Of a DNA stretch of 64,000 bases, positions 10,416 through 18,196 are shown one piece after another. Location of the stretch: positions 3,520,001 to 3,584,000 of the forward strand of contig OZ244065.1 of assembly GCA_965215505.1 (NCBI GenBank). Reading direction: 5' to 3'. This DNA is from Capsulimonadaceae bacterium (GTDB taxonomy: Bacteria; Armatimonadota; Armatimonadia; Armatimonadales; Capsulimonadaceae). The position numbers and the translations under genes were made by a program. Below the pieces are notes generated by a model that saw only the letters and a program-made list of their open reading frames with translations, was not told the origin of the DNA and searched no databases. Each line of letters opens with the position of its first letter. Within the stretch, counting starts at the first letter, position 1.

Positions 10416-11465
10416 ATGACCGACGACAACGCTGAATCCGACACGACCGGAACTGAGGCCGCCATCACTCTGGAAGCGCCCGCCGCGCTCGCCTTTTCTG
10501 AGGCAACCGCGGGCGGCGAAAGCGCGGAGGAGCGCCGCTCCGAGCGGGTGGCGCGGCTGCTGGAGGCGGGCGACTACCCGGACAAAGGGCTTAAGCTGAC
10601 CGAGGCCGACCTGGACGGGATCGTCGCGCGGTTCGCCGCCGACTCGCCCGGTGTCCCCGTCAAGGTGGAGCATGTGGACTCGCCCCTGGACCCGCTGGGG
10701 CACGTCAAGCGCGTCTGGCGGGAGGGCGCGGCCCTCTTCGGGACTCTGGCCTTCCCCGCCGACCTCGCCGCCTTCCTGCGGCGGCGCGGGGCGGCGAAGC
10801 TCTCCGTCGGGCTTCAGCGGACGCCGCTGGCCCTGCGGGAAGTCTCGCTGGTGCTGCACCCGCGCGTCGCAGGGGCCGTGCTGATGGGGACTACCCCCAC
10901 CCCCCGCCCCTCCCTTCACCCCGCTACGGAGGCCCTGCGACTAGGGGCCGCAAGCGGGAGAGGGGAGTCAGAGAAGGCCGATGACTCGGAAGTGTCCGAT
11001 CTTGCTTCGTCCGGCCCCTCTCCTTCATGCCCCCCTCTCCCGCTTGCGGGGGAGGGGCGGGGGGTGGGGGCATCGGACCCCGAGATCGTCCGCCTCCGGG
11101 CCGAAGTGGCGCGGCGAGACGTGGACGCGCAAATCGCCGCGTTCAAAGCGCAGGGGCGGCTCGTGCCCGCCGGGGAGGCGGACGCCCGCGCCCTGCTGGC
11201 CTTGGGTGGGGAGGCGTCCGTGACGCTCTCCGCCGCCCCGGAGCCGGTCGCGCGTGTCTTCCGCAGGTTCCTGGAAGCGCAGCCGCCCGTGGTGTCTTTC
11301 GGGGAGGCGGCGGCGACCGAATGGCGGGCGGCACACGGGTTCACACACGACGAACATACGTTCCTATCAAAGCGGCTGGGCGTGGACCCCGCCCGTGTCG
11401 CCGCCCTGCTCCGCGCGGAGCAGGAGGACAAGGACGGAAAGAACGGAGAGGGCGATGCACATTGA
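10416..11465 (+). CDS. Mu-like prohead protease/scaffold protein
   Basis: G.YPDKG..LTEADLD.IV..F...VPVKVEH...LGHV...LS...LREVSLV..P.V protease-like domain followed by a helical scaffold-like tail. Lies upstream of the capsid gene. Confidence 0.75.
   Translation: MTDDNAESDTTGTEAAITLEAPAALAFSEATAGGESAEERRSERVARLLEAGDYPDKGLKLTEADLDGIVARFAADSPGVPVKVEHVDSPLDPLGHVKRVWREGAALFGTLAFPADLAAFLRRRGAAKLSVGLQRTPLALREVSLVLHPRVAGAVLMGTTPTPRPSLHPATEALRLGAASGRGESEKADDSEVSDLASSGPSPSCPPLPLAGEGRGVGASDPEIVRLRAEVARRDVDAQIAAFKAQGRLVPAGEADARALLALGGEASVTLSAAPEPVARVFRRFLEAQPPVVSFGEAAATEWRAAHGFTHDEHTFLSKRLGVDPARVAALLRAEQEDKDGKNGEGDAH
10894..11070. repeat. In-frame palindromic REP-like insertion in the protease gene
   Basis: Arms cccccaccccccgcccctccc[33 nt]ccgcaagcgggagagggg and cccctctcccgcttgcgggggaggggcggggggtggggg, spanning 177 nt. 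Confidence 0.8.
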
Positions 11466-11646
11466 CCCACAAACGCTGACGCAGACACTGATCCTGGTGG
11501 GCGTCGCCGTCCACCTGCTGGCGGCGGGCGCGAAAGCCTTGTTCCACACGCCCAAGCGTCAGGCGCAGATAGACGCCATCGAGCGCAAGGTGGACGAGGT
11601 CTTGGGCCAGGTGAAGACCGCCGCCCAACCGACCGCAACGAACTGA
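11455..11646 (+). CDS. Small single-TM protein (holin-like candidate)
   Basis: 63 aa with one hydrophobic helix followed by a charged helix. RBS ggagag. Overlaps the end of the protease gene. Confidence 0.55.
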   Translation: MHIDPQTLTQTLILVGVAVHLLAAGAKALFHTPKRQAQIDAIERKVDEVLGQVKTAAQPTATN

Positions 11647-11675
11647 CCGGACACGACACAAAAGGACACAGACCA

Positions 11676-12572
11676 ATGACACTGGTGAAATCAGACATCC
11701 CCGAGCTGCTGACGGCCGGGCTGAAGACGGCCTTCTTCCAGACCTTCGGCGAGTCCCCGGCGCAGTGGGACAAGGTGGCGACGACCATCCCGTCCGAGCG
11801 GGACACCGAGCAGTATGCGTGGCTTGGCGCGCTGCCCGGAATGCGCGAGTTCCGCGACGAGCGGCAGCCGGGCGACCCCAAGCCTTACGCCTACGCCATC
11901 CAGAACAAGACGTGGGAGAGCACCCTCTCGGTGGACCGGGCGGCTTTGGAGGACGACCAGTACGGGCAGATCGCGCTGCGAATCCGGCAGATGGCGCGCG
12001 TCGCCAAGTCCCACCTCGACTCCATCGTCTTCGGCCTGCTGGGGACCGGGTTTAGCGCGCCCGGCTACGACGGCGTGCCGTTCTTCGGGACGCACAACCA
12101 GGGGGCGACGCTCTCCAACAAGGGGACGGACCCCCTGAGCGCGGTCGCCCTGCAAAGCGCGATCACGGCGATGATGCGCTTCACCGACGACCAGGGCCGC
12201 CCGGCGGGGACCACGCCGAACGTCCTGGTCGTGCCGCCCGAGCTGTACTGGGAGGCGACCGTCCTGCTGACGTCCGCCCTGTTCCCGGACGCGGTGACGA
12301 CGGCCGCCCAGGAGCTTGCCGCGAACCCGCTGCGCGGGATGCTGACGCTGCTCGCGACCCCGTACCTGTCGTCGCCCACGGACTGGTTCCTGCTGGACAC
12401 CTCGCGGGTCATCCGCGCCGTCGTCTTGCAGATGCGGAAGGAGTTCGAGTTCGGGTCGCTGGAGGGCAGCTCGGAGAACGGCTTCCTGCGCGACCAGTTC
12501 CTGTACGGGGTGCGGGCAAGGTACAACGCGGGCTTCGGCGACTGGCGCGCGGCCTTCGGGGCGCAGGTGTGA
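11676..12572 (+). CDS. Mu-like major capsid protein (gpT family)
   Basis: ATTIPS....EQYAWLG.LPGMRE...Y.IQNKTWESTLSVDR..LEDDQYG, YDGVPFF, P.VLVVPP, WFLLD, FLYGVRARYNAGFGDW. Confidence 0.93.
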   Translation: MTLVKSDIPELLTAGLKTAFFQTFGESPAQWDKVATTIPSERDTEQYAWLGALPGMREFRDERQPGDPKPYAYAIQNKTWESTLSVDRAALEDDQYGQIALRIRQMARVAKSHLDSIVFGLLGTGFSAPGYDGVPFFGTHNQGATLSNKGTDPLSAVALQSAITAMMRFTDDQGRPAGTTPNVLVVPPELYWEATVLLTSALFPDAVTTAAQELAANPLRGMLTLLATPYLSSPTDWFLLDTSRVIRAVVLQMRKEFEFGSLEGSSENGFLRDQFLYGVRARYNAGFGDWRAAFGAQV

Positions 12573-12727
12573 TCCTCCCCCGTCGCGCGAGCGCGCCACC
12601 CTCCCCTCGGAGGGAAGGGGGCTTCCAGGAGGACGCGCGCTGCTGCGTCTTCTTTCCGCTTCCCCTCCTGTCCGGAACCCTTCCCTCCGAGGGGAGGGTG
12701 GCGCGCTCGCGCGACGGGAGAGGATCA
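12570..12727. repeat. Family C inverted repeat, copy 3
   Basis: Starts at the capsid stop codon. The two arms carry matching variants (cgtcgcgcgagcgcgcca/tggcgcgctcgcgcgacg). Confidence 0.85.
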
Positions 12728-12743
12728 GAAAGGAACCCGCATC

Positions 12744-13310
12744 ATGTCCCTATTACCTCTCACCCACGCCGACCTCAAGCGCCTGTGCGCCATCGAGGCC
12801 GCCGACACCTCCCAGGACGCCGACCTGGACGGCCTTTTGGCCGCCCAGCAGCCGGCCCTGGAATACGCGCTAGACCCGGCCATCCTCCGGGCGGCATCCT
12901 CGACCGACGCCGACCTGGGCCTGCGCGCGACGCTCGTGCTGGGCATGGCCGAGAGCCTGGCGGGCGAGTGGCTGCGGGCGCAGGCCCGCGCGCCCGGCGC
13001 GGGGGACGACTTCCGCCTCGGCCCCCTGTCCGTCAGCGCCTCCCGGACCGACGGACCCGCGCCGATGGGCGACCGGCTGGCCGCGCAGGGCGGCAGGCGG
13101 CTCGCGCCGTTCGGGCGCGCGCCGAAAAGTGTCGGAACGGACGCCATCGGCAGCATCCCCGGCGGGACGCCCGACGGCTCCTCCCGCGCGCCGCTTCTGG
13201 CGCAGACGACGCTCGCCCGAACGACGCCCGCCCCGTCGGGCCGGGGGGCCGCCGGCGTCGGGTGGGCCGGGTGGGACGACGAGGGGAACATCGAGGAGGA
13301 CGACCGATGA
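12744..13310 (+). CDS. Putative head-tail adaptor (gp6/gp36-like)
   Basis: Position after the capsid gene. Helical N-terminus T.ADLKRL..I......DA.LD.LL resembles connector proteins. Confidence 0.5.
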   Translation: MSLLPLTHADLKRLCAIEAADTSQDADLDGLLAAQQPALEYALDPAILRAASSTDADLGLRATLVLGMAESLAGEWLRAQARAPGAGDDFRLGPLSVSASRTDGPAPMGDRLAAQGGRRLAPFGRAPKSVGTDAIGSIPGGTPDGSSRAPLLAQTTLARTTPAPSGRGAAGVGWAGWDDEGNIEEDDR

Positions 13311-13648
13311 GCCTGATGATCCCCGCCGACGCCGCCCGCGCCCGGCGCGTCTCCGCCCTGTTCGCCGGGTCGGGCGAGGACTTCATCCTGATCCGGTCGG
13401 GCCAGAACCGGCCCCACCGGGGCCTGTTCGCGCCGATGGACGGCCAGACGGCCGGGACCTACTTCGACGCCAACGAGTCGGTGGGCCTGCTGCGGCCCGC
13501 GCTGTCCTTGTACGGCGACGGCGCTTCCTCCGACCCGCCCGTGGCGGGCGACGTGTTCTTCCGCGACGGCCGCCTGTGGACCGTCCGCAAGACGCAGTCC
13601 TTCCGCCTGGGCGACACGCCGCTCCTGACCCTGGCGCTGTGCGATTAG
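13307..13648 (+). CDS. Putative head-closure (stopper) protein
   Basis: ATGA overlap with the upstream gene. 113 aa, beta-rich, with P..GD.F..DGRLWTV motif. Confidence 0.5.
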   Translation: MSLMIPADAARARRVSALFAGSGEDFILIRSGQNRPHRGLFAPMDGQTAGTYFDANESVGLLRPALSLYGDGASSDPPVAGDVFFRDGRLWTVRKTQSFRLGDTPLLTLALCD

Positions 13649-13683
13649 ACGAGACGCCAAGACGATTAGAAAGGACCCAGACC

Positions 13684-14238
13684 ATGACCACCCTGACCGC
13701 CGGCCGTATTTCCGCCGACCCCGTTTCCAGCCATTCCGCCGACCGCTGCGCCCTGCTGGCCCCGACGGAGGGCTATCCCTGGCACTCGCTGCCGCTGGAC
13801 CCCGAACGGCTTTCGCGCTACCTCGGGACCTGCCTCGCCCACGGCGTCGGCTACGAACTCGGCGCGAAAGCCTCCGACCTGGAAGCCATCCCGCCCGACT
13901 ACCACAACATCGACTGCTCCGGCTGGGTCCGGGCCGCCGTCGCGGTCGCGACCGAGGGCCGCGTCACCATGCCCGACGGCTCGGTCGTCCAGAACGACTG
14001 GTGCGCCGCCTCGGGCCTCAAGCGCAGCGACTACGGCGGCTGCCGCCTGCTGGACGGCCTGACGCGCATCGCCTTCATCCGCGCGAACGGCTTCCACCCC
14101 GTCGGCCACGTTTATCTGGCGCGCAACGGAAGGACCCTGGAGTCGTTCGGCGGCCACGGGCCGGGCAGCCGCCCGGTCACGACGCACGTCCTGAGCGCCG
14201 AGACGACCGACGTCTATGTGCTGGCGGTGCGGATGTAA
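13684..14238 (+). CDS. NlpC/P60-like peptidoglycan hydrolase
   Basis: Y.LG, IDCSGWV, GHVYL and LES motifs. Confidence 0.75.
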   Translation: MTTLTAGRISADPVSSHSADRCALLAPTEGYPWHSLPLDPERLSRYLGTCLAHGVGYELGAKASDLEAIPPDYHNIDCSGWVRAAVAVATEGRVTMPDGSVVQNDWCAASGLKRSDYGGCRLLDGLTRIAFIRANGFHPVGHVYLARNGRTLESFGGHGPGSRPVTTHVLSAETTDVYVLAVRM

Positions 14239-14241
14239 GTC

Positions 14242-14449
14242 TCCTCTCCCGTCTCGCAAGCTCGCCACCCTCCCCTCGGAGGGAAGGGGTTTTGGATAAG
14301 CCGGATAAGAGGCGAGGGCTTCCGAGAGTACGCGGGCTGCTGCGTTTTTCTGCTTTCCCTTCTGTCCGGAACCCTTCCCTCTTGTCCAGTTTGTCCGGAA
14401 CCCTTCCCTCCGAGGGGAGGGTGGCGAGCTTGCGAGACGGGAGAGGATC
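14242..14449. repeat. Family C inverted repeat, copy 4
   Basis: Arms cgtctcgcaagctcgcca/tggcgagcttgcgagacg. The right arm abuts the portal RBS. Confidence 0.85.
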
Positions 14450-14464
14450 AAAAGGAAACCCACC

Positions 14465-15691
14465 ATGAACTTTACCCTCCCCTCCCTCCCCTTCCTCAAA
14501 CGCCGTCCGTCCCCGGACGGCTCCTCCGCGCCCGCCCCGCCCCTCGGCGAGCTGGCCCCCGTCAGCGGCGCGTCCCTGCTCGGCATGACCGCCTCCCTCG
14601 CCCTGCCCGATGACGGCCTGCCGGGCGGGTACGCGGTCTACCGGAGGATGCAGAACGACCCGCAGGTCAAGGCGTGCCTGAACACCAAGAAGTTCGCCGT
14701 TCTGTCTCAGGGCTGGACCCTCCACGCCGCCTCCGAGTCGCCCGAAGACCTCGCCGTCGCCGACTTCCTCCGGGACACCCTGACGGCAGTGCGCGGGGGC
14801 CTGCTGGACGCATTGCACGACGTTTTAGACGCCCTGGCCCTGGGCGTCTCACTCGTCGAGATCGTCTACCGGATGAACGAAAGCGGCCCCTACGCCGGCC
14901 TGGTCGGTCTCCTCGCGCTCAAGGCCAAGGACCCCGACGGCTTCACCTTTGAAACGGACGACTTCGGCAACGTCACCGCCCTGCGCGGCCCCTTCGGGGT
15001 ATCTTATCCGTCCGACAAGTTCCTGCGCTATAGCCACATGCCCCGCTACGAGAACCCTCTCGGCCAGAGCGACCTGCGGGCCGCCTACAAGCCCTGGCTC
15101 GCCAAGCAGCAGCTTTTGCGCTGGTGGACCAAATATTTAGAGAAGTTCGGGATGCCCACCGTCACCGGCTCCTACGACGCCGAGCGCGGCTACGGCGTGG
15201 ACCAGCAGCGGGAGCTGCTGGCCCTGGTCGCGCAGGTGCATAACGAGAGCGCCATCGTCCTGCCCTCGGACATGCATTTGGGCCTACTGGAGACCGCGCG
15301 GGCCGCCCCGGCGGGCTTTTTGGAGGCGGTGGAGTACCAGGACCGGGCCATCGCCAAGAGCATCTTAGGCCAGACCCTCACCACCGACGGCAGCGCGTCC
15401 GGCGCGACCTTCGCCCTGGGCAGCGTCCACCAGGACATCCTGCTGTTCTACCTGCACAAGATCCAGCGCGATTTGGAGGAGACCGTGATCGGCGCGCAGC
15501 TCCTCGCCCCGCTGGTCCGCTATAACTTCGGCCCCAACGTCCCCTGCCCCCGGTTCACGTTAGGCACATTGGACGACGGCCGACTGGCGACGGCGGGCCG
15601 CCTGATCGCCGACCTCGTGGCCGGCAAGGTCATCGCCCCCGACGAGCCGTGGATACGCGCGTATCTGGGCCTGCCCGCGCCGGGCGAATGA
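14465..15691 (+). CDS. Mu-like portal protein (DUF935/gp29 family)
   Basis: YRRM..DPQV...L..KK.AV, LDAL..G.S..EIVY, W..YLEKFGMP, D.AIAK.ILGQTLTT, A.G.VH, L..PLV.YNFG. Confidence 0.9.
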   Translation: MNFTLPSLPFLKRRPSPDGSSAPAPPLGELAPVSGASLLGMTASLALPDDGLPGGYAVYRRMQNDPQVKACLNTKKFAVLSQGWTLHAASESPEDLAVADFLRDTLTAVRGGLLDALHDVLDALALGVSLVEIVYRMNESGPYAGLVGLLALKAKDPDGFTFETDDFGNVTALRGPFGVSYPSDKFLRYSHMPRYENPLGQSDLRAAYKPWLAKQQLLRWWTKYLEKFGMPTVTGSYDAERGYGVDQQRELLALVAQVHNESAIVLPSDMHLGLLETARAAPAGFLEAVEYQDRAIAKSILGQTLTTDGSASGATFALGSVHQDILLFYLHKIQRDLEETVIGAQLLAPLVRYNFGPNVPCPRFTLGTLDDGRLATAGRLIADLVAGKVIAPDEPWIRAYLGLPAPGE

Positions 15692-15719
15692 CCCTCCTGA
15701 CCGCTTCCCCTGGCTCCGC

Positions 15720-15744
15720 GTAGGGGCGAACCTCGTGTTCGCCC
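15720..15744. repeat. GTAG-type REP (family D)
   Basis: GTAGGGGC followed by a palindrome. Other copies near 1675, 19787, 22398, 32673, 41619, 45597, 48925, 49013, 52619, 56785 and 56824. Confidence 0.8.
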
Positions 15745-15769
15745 TTCTTTTTCTTGTACTCGGTCGCTT

Positions 15770-15785
15770 TGGCACGGTTTATGCA
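15770..15785 (+). promoter_or_regulatory. sigma54 promoter
   Basis: TGGCACGGTTTATGCA (GG-N10-GC). Confidence 0.75.
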
Positions 15786-15890
15786 CAGGTATTCTTTACG
15801 GCCTCTCCCACGCCCCAGGCACTCATGCCACCCCCCGCCGCGCCCCCACCCGGCGCGCGCCGCCCCCCGAATCCGAAAAGGATCAGCGCC

Positions 15891-16472
15891 ATGCACTTCT
15901 CCTCCCGCCGCCCCGGCGGCCTCGCCGCTCCCGCCGCACTGGGCCTCGCCGCCCTCGCCCCTACCATGGCCCACGCCCAGAGCCTCAACGGGCAGCCCGT
16001 TCAGGTGACGGAACGCCAACCCAACACGGGCAGCGTTGTCTTGGACGCAGGCACCCAGACCGTCACGTCCGCAGGCGTCTCATTCACGACCGCTGTCGGA
16101 TTCACGACCGTCACTCCGAGCCAGATCGTCTTCACCTTTAATCCTAACTTCAATGGTTTCGGCCCGGCTTCCTTCAACGGCTTCCGCATCGCCGAGACGG
16201 GCAGCTCGCCCGTCGCCATCACGAGCGTGACGCTGGACCCCAGCAGCAACATCTCCGGCTTCGACGCCAGCCGGATCAGCTTCGACGCCACGGACGTGTA
16301 CGCCAACTTCCAGGGCCTCACTAACGTTTTCATCGTCGGCAGCAAGGTGACGCTCGACCTGAACCCCGCGCCCACCGCCGTGCCGGAACCCTCCCCGGCC
16401 CTGACCTTCGCCGTGGCGGCCCTGGGCCTGGGCGGGCTGATGATCGCGGCGCGGAAGAAGCGGACGGCGTGA
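15891..16472 (+). CDS. PEP-CTERM surface protein
   Basis: Signal peptide ending AHA. C-terminal VPEPS, TM helix and RKKR. Confidence 0.88.
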   Translation: MHFSSRRPGGLAAPAALGLAALAPTMAHAQSLNGQPVQVTERQPNTGSVVLDAGTQTVTSAGVSFTTAVGFTTVTPSQIVFTFNPNFNGFGPASFNGFRIAETGSSPVAITSVTLDPSSNISGFDASRISFDATDVYANFQGLTNVFIVGSKVTLDLNPAPTAVPEPSPALTFAVAALGLGGLMIAARKKRTA

Positions 16473-16487
16473 GTCCCAGCGGAGAGG

Positions 16488-16716
16488 CCCGGCCCTGAAG
16501 GGCCGGGCTACTGGTGAATGGAAGTGTCTCCGACACTGAGGACGGGATCAGGACAGGAGGGCGAACACCAGGGGGGCGCGGCAAGAGAAGAGGGTACGGC
16601 AATCAGCGCCCCTACCATAAGCCATCCCCGATCTGTCTTCCTCTGTCTTTCTCTCTTCCTCTCTTCAACCGCGGAGCGGTTTTCACTCAAGAGTAGCCCG
16701 GCCATTCATGGCCGGG
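16488..16716. repeat. Paired-hairpin REP-like element (family E)
   Basis: ttttcactcaa(g/c)agtagcccggccattcatggcc recurs at 31496-31650 and 49088-49141. Confidence 0.7.
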
Positions 16717-16798
16717 GGGCCCCTCTGCTCCGCATCGGGTGTATTGCCTACAGACTCGATACCCGATGCGTGACGCCCGACGCAGGAGAGGCCGCCCT

Positions 16799-17143
16799 AT
16801 GACCACCGTGACCCTTGACGACGCGCTCCAGGCCCGCATCCGGGCCGTCGCCGCCCCGGAAGAAGACCTTCAGACGTTCATCGCCGCCGCCCAGGACCTC
16901 ATCGCCCGCCGCGAGCGCCGGGCCGCAGCGTGGGCCGCCGCCCGCACCGAAGCGCAGGCCATCCTGAACGGCCCGACCAGGCCGCACGACCCCGAGGCGA
17001 CCTACCGCAAATATCAGGAGAAGTACGGCTGGGCCGACCTGCCTGACGGCCCGCCCGAACAGTTGGAGGCGGAGGCGGAGGCGATCCTGGCCGCGCTGCC
17101 GCCGGAGAAGATCGCGGCGATGGAGCGGAAAGGCTTATTGTGA
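16799..17143 (+). CDS. Putative antitoxin (ribbon-helix-helix-like N-terminus)
   Basis: MTTVTLDDALQARI N-terminus, RBS aggag, upstream of a toxin remnant. Confidence 0.45.
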   Translation: MTTVTLDDALQARIRAVAAPEEDLQTFIAAAQDLIARRERRAAAWAAARTEAQAILNGPTRPHDPEATYRKYQEKYGWADLPDGPPEQLEAEAEAILAALPPEKIAAMERKGLL

Positions 17144-17198
17144 GGCGGCCCGACCCGGCCCCGCCCGAGGACCCGCCGCGCCGTCCTGGCCGGGCTGG

Positions 17199-17348
17199 GA
17201 CGAGTGATTGAAATCACTCGCTGACGCCGGATTTGTCCAAGGGACAAGGGATTGGAATGACGCCTACGGCCCGCCCTGCCCCCGTCCTGTCTCCTTCTTC
17301 TGTCCCCTGGACAGGTCCTCGCGCAGCGAGTGATTTCAATCACTCGTC
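17199..17348. mobile_element. MITE-like element (family A), copy 1
   Basis: Terminal inverted repeats gacgagtgattgaaatcactcgc and inner tgtccaagggaca/tgtcccctggaca hairpins. Confidence 0.8.
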
Positions 17349-17545
17349 CGGCTCGTCCGGCTCCCGTCCTGCTCTGTTACGGCCCGACCAACAAGCGCAC
17401 CGGGACGCCCGTCTGCATCCTGTACACCGTCCTGCCGCCCGCCCCCGACGAGCCGCCCGAAACCGCCGAGTCGGTGGTCGTCCTGCTGCGCCTGCTCCAC
17501 GGCGCGCAGGCACTGCTCCCGGACGAGGCCGAGGATACCCCATGA
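17349..17545 (+). pseudogene. 3' remnant of a RelE/ParE-like toxin
   Basis: CILYTV...VVVLLRLLHGAQ resembles the ParE C-terminus. The 5' part is missing at the MITE. ATGA overlap with the next gene. Confidence 0.5.
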
Positions 17546-17988
17546 TTCGCAGCGAGGCAGAGTATCAGGAGGCCCGGAAACAGATGGCCGAGGGCCGCGC
17601 CTTCGCGCGCCAACAGCGGGCCGAGCTGGAAGCCAGGGGCTACACCGCCGAACAGGTGGGCCGGGGGTTGGAGGCGACGCTCTCCTTCCAGGCCCAGATC
17701 GCCGAAGACGTGGACTGGTACGAGAGGGCCTGCCGCCGCGAGATCGCGCCGCTCGCCAATCTCGCCCAGGTCGGGCGGCTCTTGATCGCGCTGCGCCTGG
17801 CGAACGGCCTCTCCCAGCGCGCGCTGGCGGCCCGGCTGGGCGTCCCCGAGGCGTCCGTCTCGCGTGACGAGCGCAACGAATACCACGGCATCACGGTGGA
17901 GCGCGCCCAGCGCGTCCTGGAAGCCCTGGGGGAGACGACCACGACGGTCGTTGCGGGCACCCCGGCCCGCGCCCCGGTCGCCGCCTGA
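17542..17988 (+). CDS. XRE-family HTH protein (HigA-like)
   Basis: MIRSEAEY N-terminus and LIALRLANGLSQRALAARLGV...VSRDERNEY. Confidence 0.8.
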   Translation: MIRSEAEYQEARKQMAEGRAFARQQRAELEARGYTAEQVGRGLEATLSFQAQIAEDVDWYERACRREIAPLANLAQVGRLLIALRLANGLSQRALAARLGVPEASVSRDERNEYHGITVERAQRVLEALGETTTTVVAGTPARAPVAA

Positions 17989-18022
17989 TCGCCGGCCTCG
18001 CGGCCGGCAAGGTCATCGCCCC
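17980..18022 (+). repeat. Direct repeat of the portal gene 3' region (15597-15639)
   Basis: 41 of 43 nt identical. Confidence 0.85.
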
Positions 18023-18070
18023 TTCTTTATCTTCGCCTTGTTTCCCTCTTTTTTCGCCGACCGGCCCTGT

Positions 18071-18086
18071 TGGCACGGTTCCTGCA
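18071..18086 (+). promoter_or_regulatory. sigma54 promoter
   Basis: TGGCACGGTTCCTGCA. Confidence 0.75.
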
Positions 18087-18196
18087 CTGGTAATCTTTAC
18101 GGCGTCCGAAAGTTGCCCCCGCCGTCGGCACTCGTGCCACCCCCGCCGCCCCCTTGCGGCGCGCGCCGCCCTCCAAACCCGAAAAGGATCAGCGCC

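Noticed and set aside
9782-15691. Complete prophage or capsid-forming PICI
   Set aside because: No integrase, transposase, primase, terminase, tail or repressor genes are adjacent.
9782-15691. Encapsulin locus
   Set aside because: The capsid is Mu gpT-like and comes with a portal, protease and putative head-completion genes.
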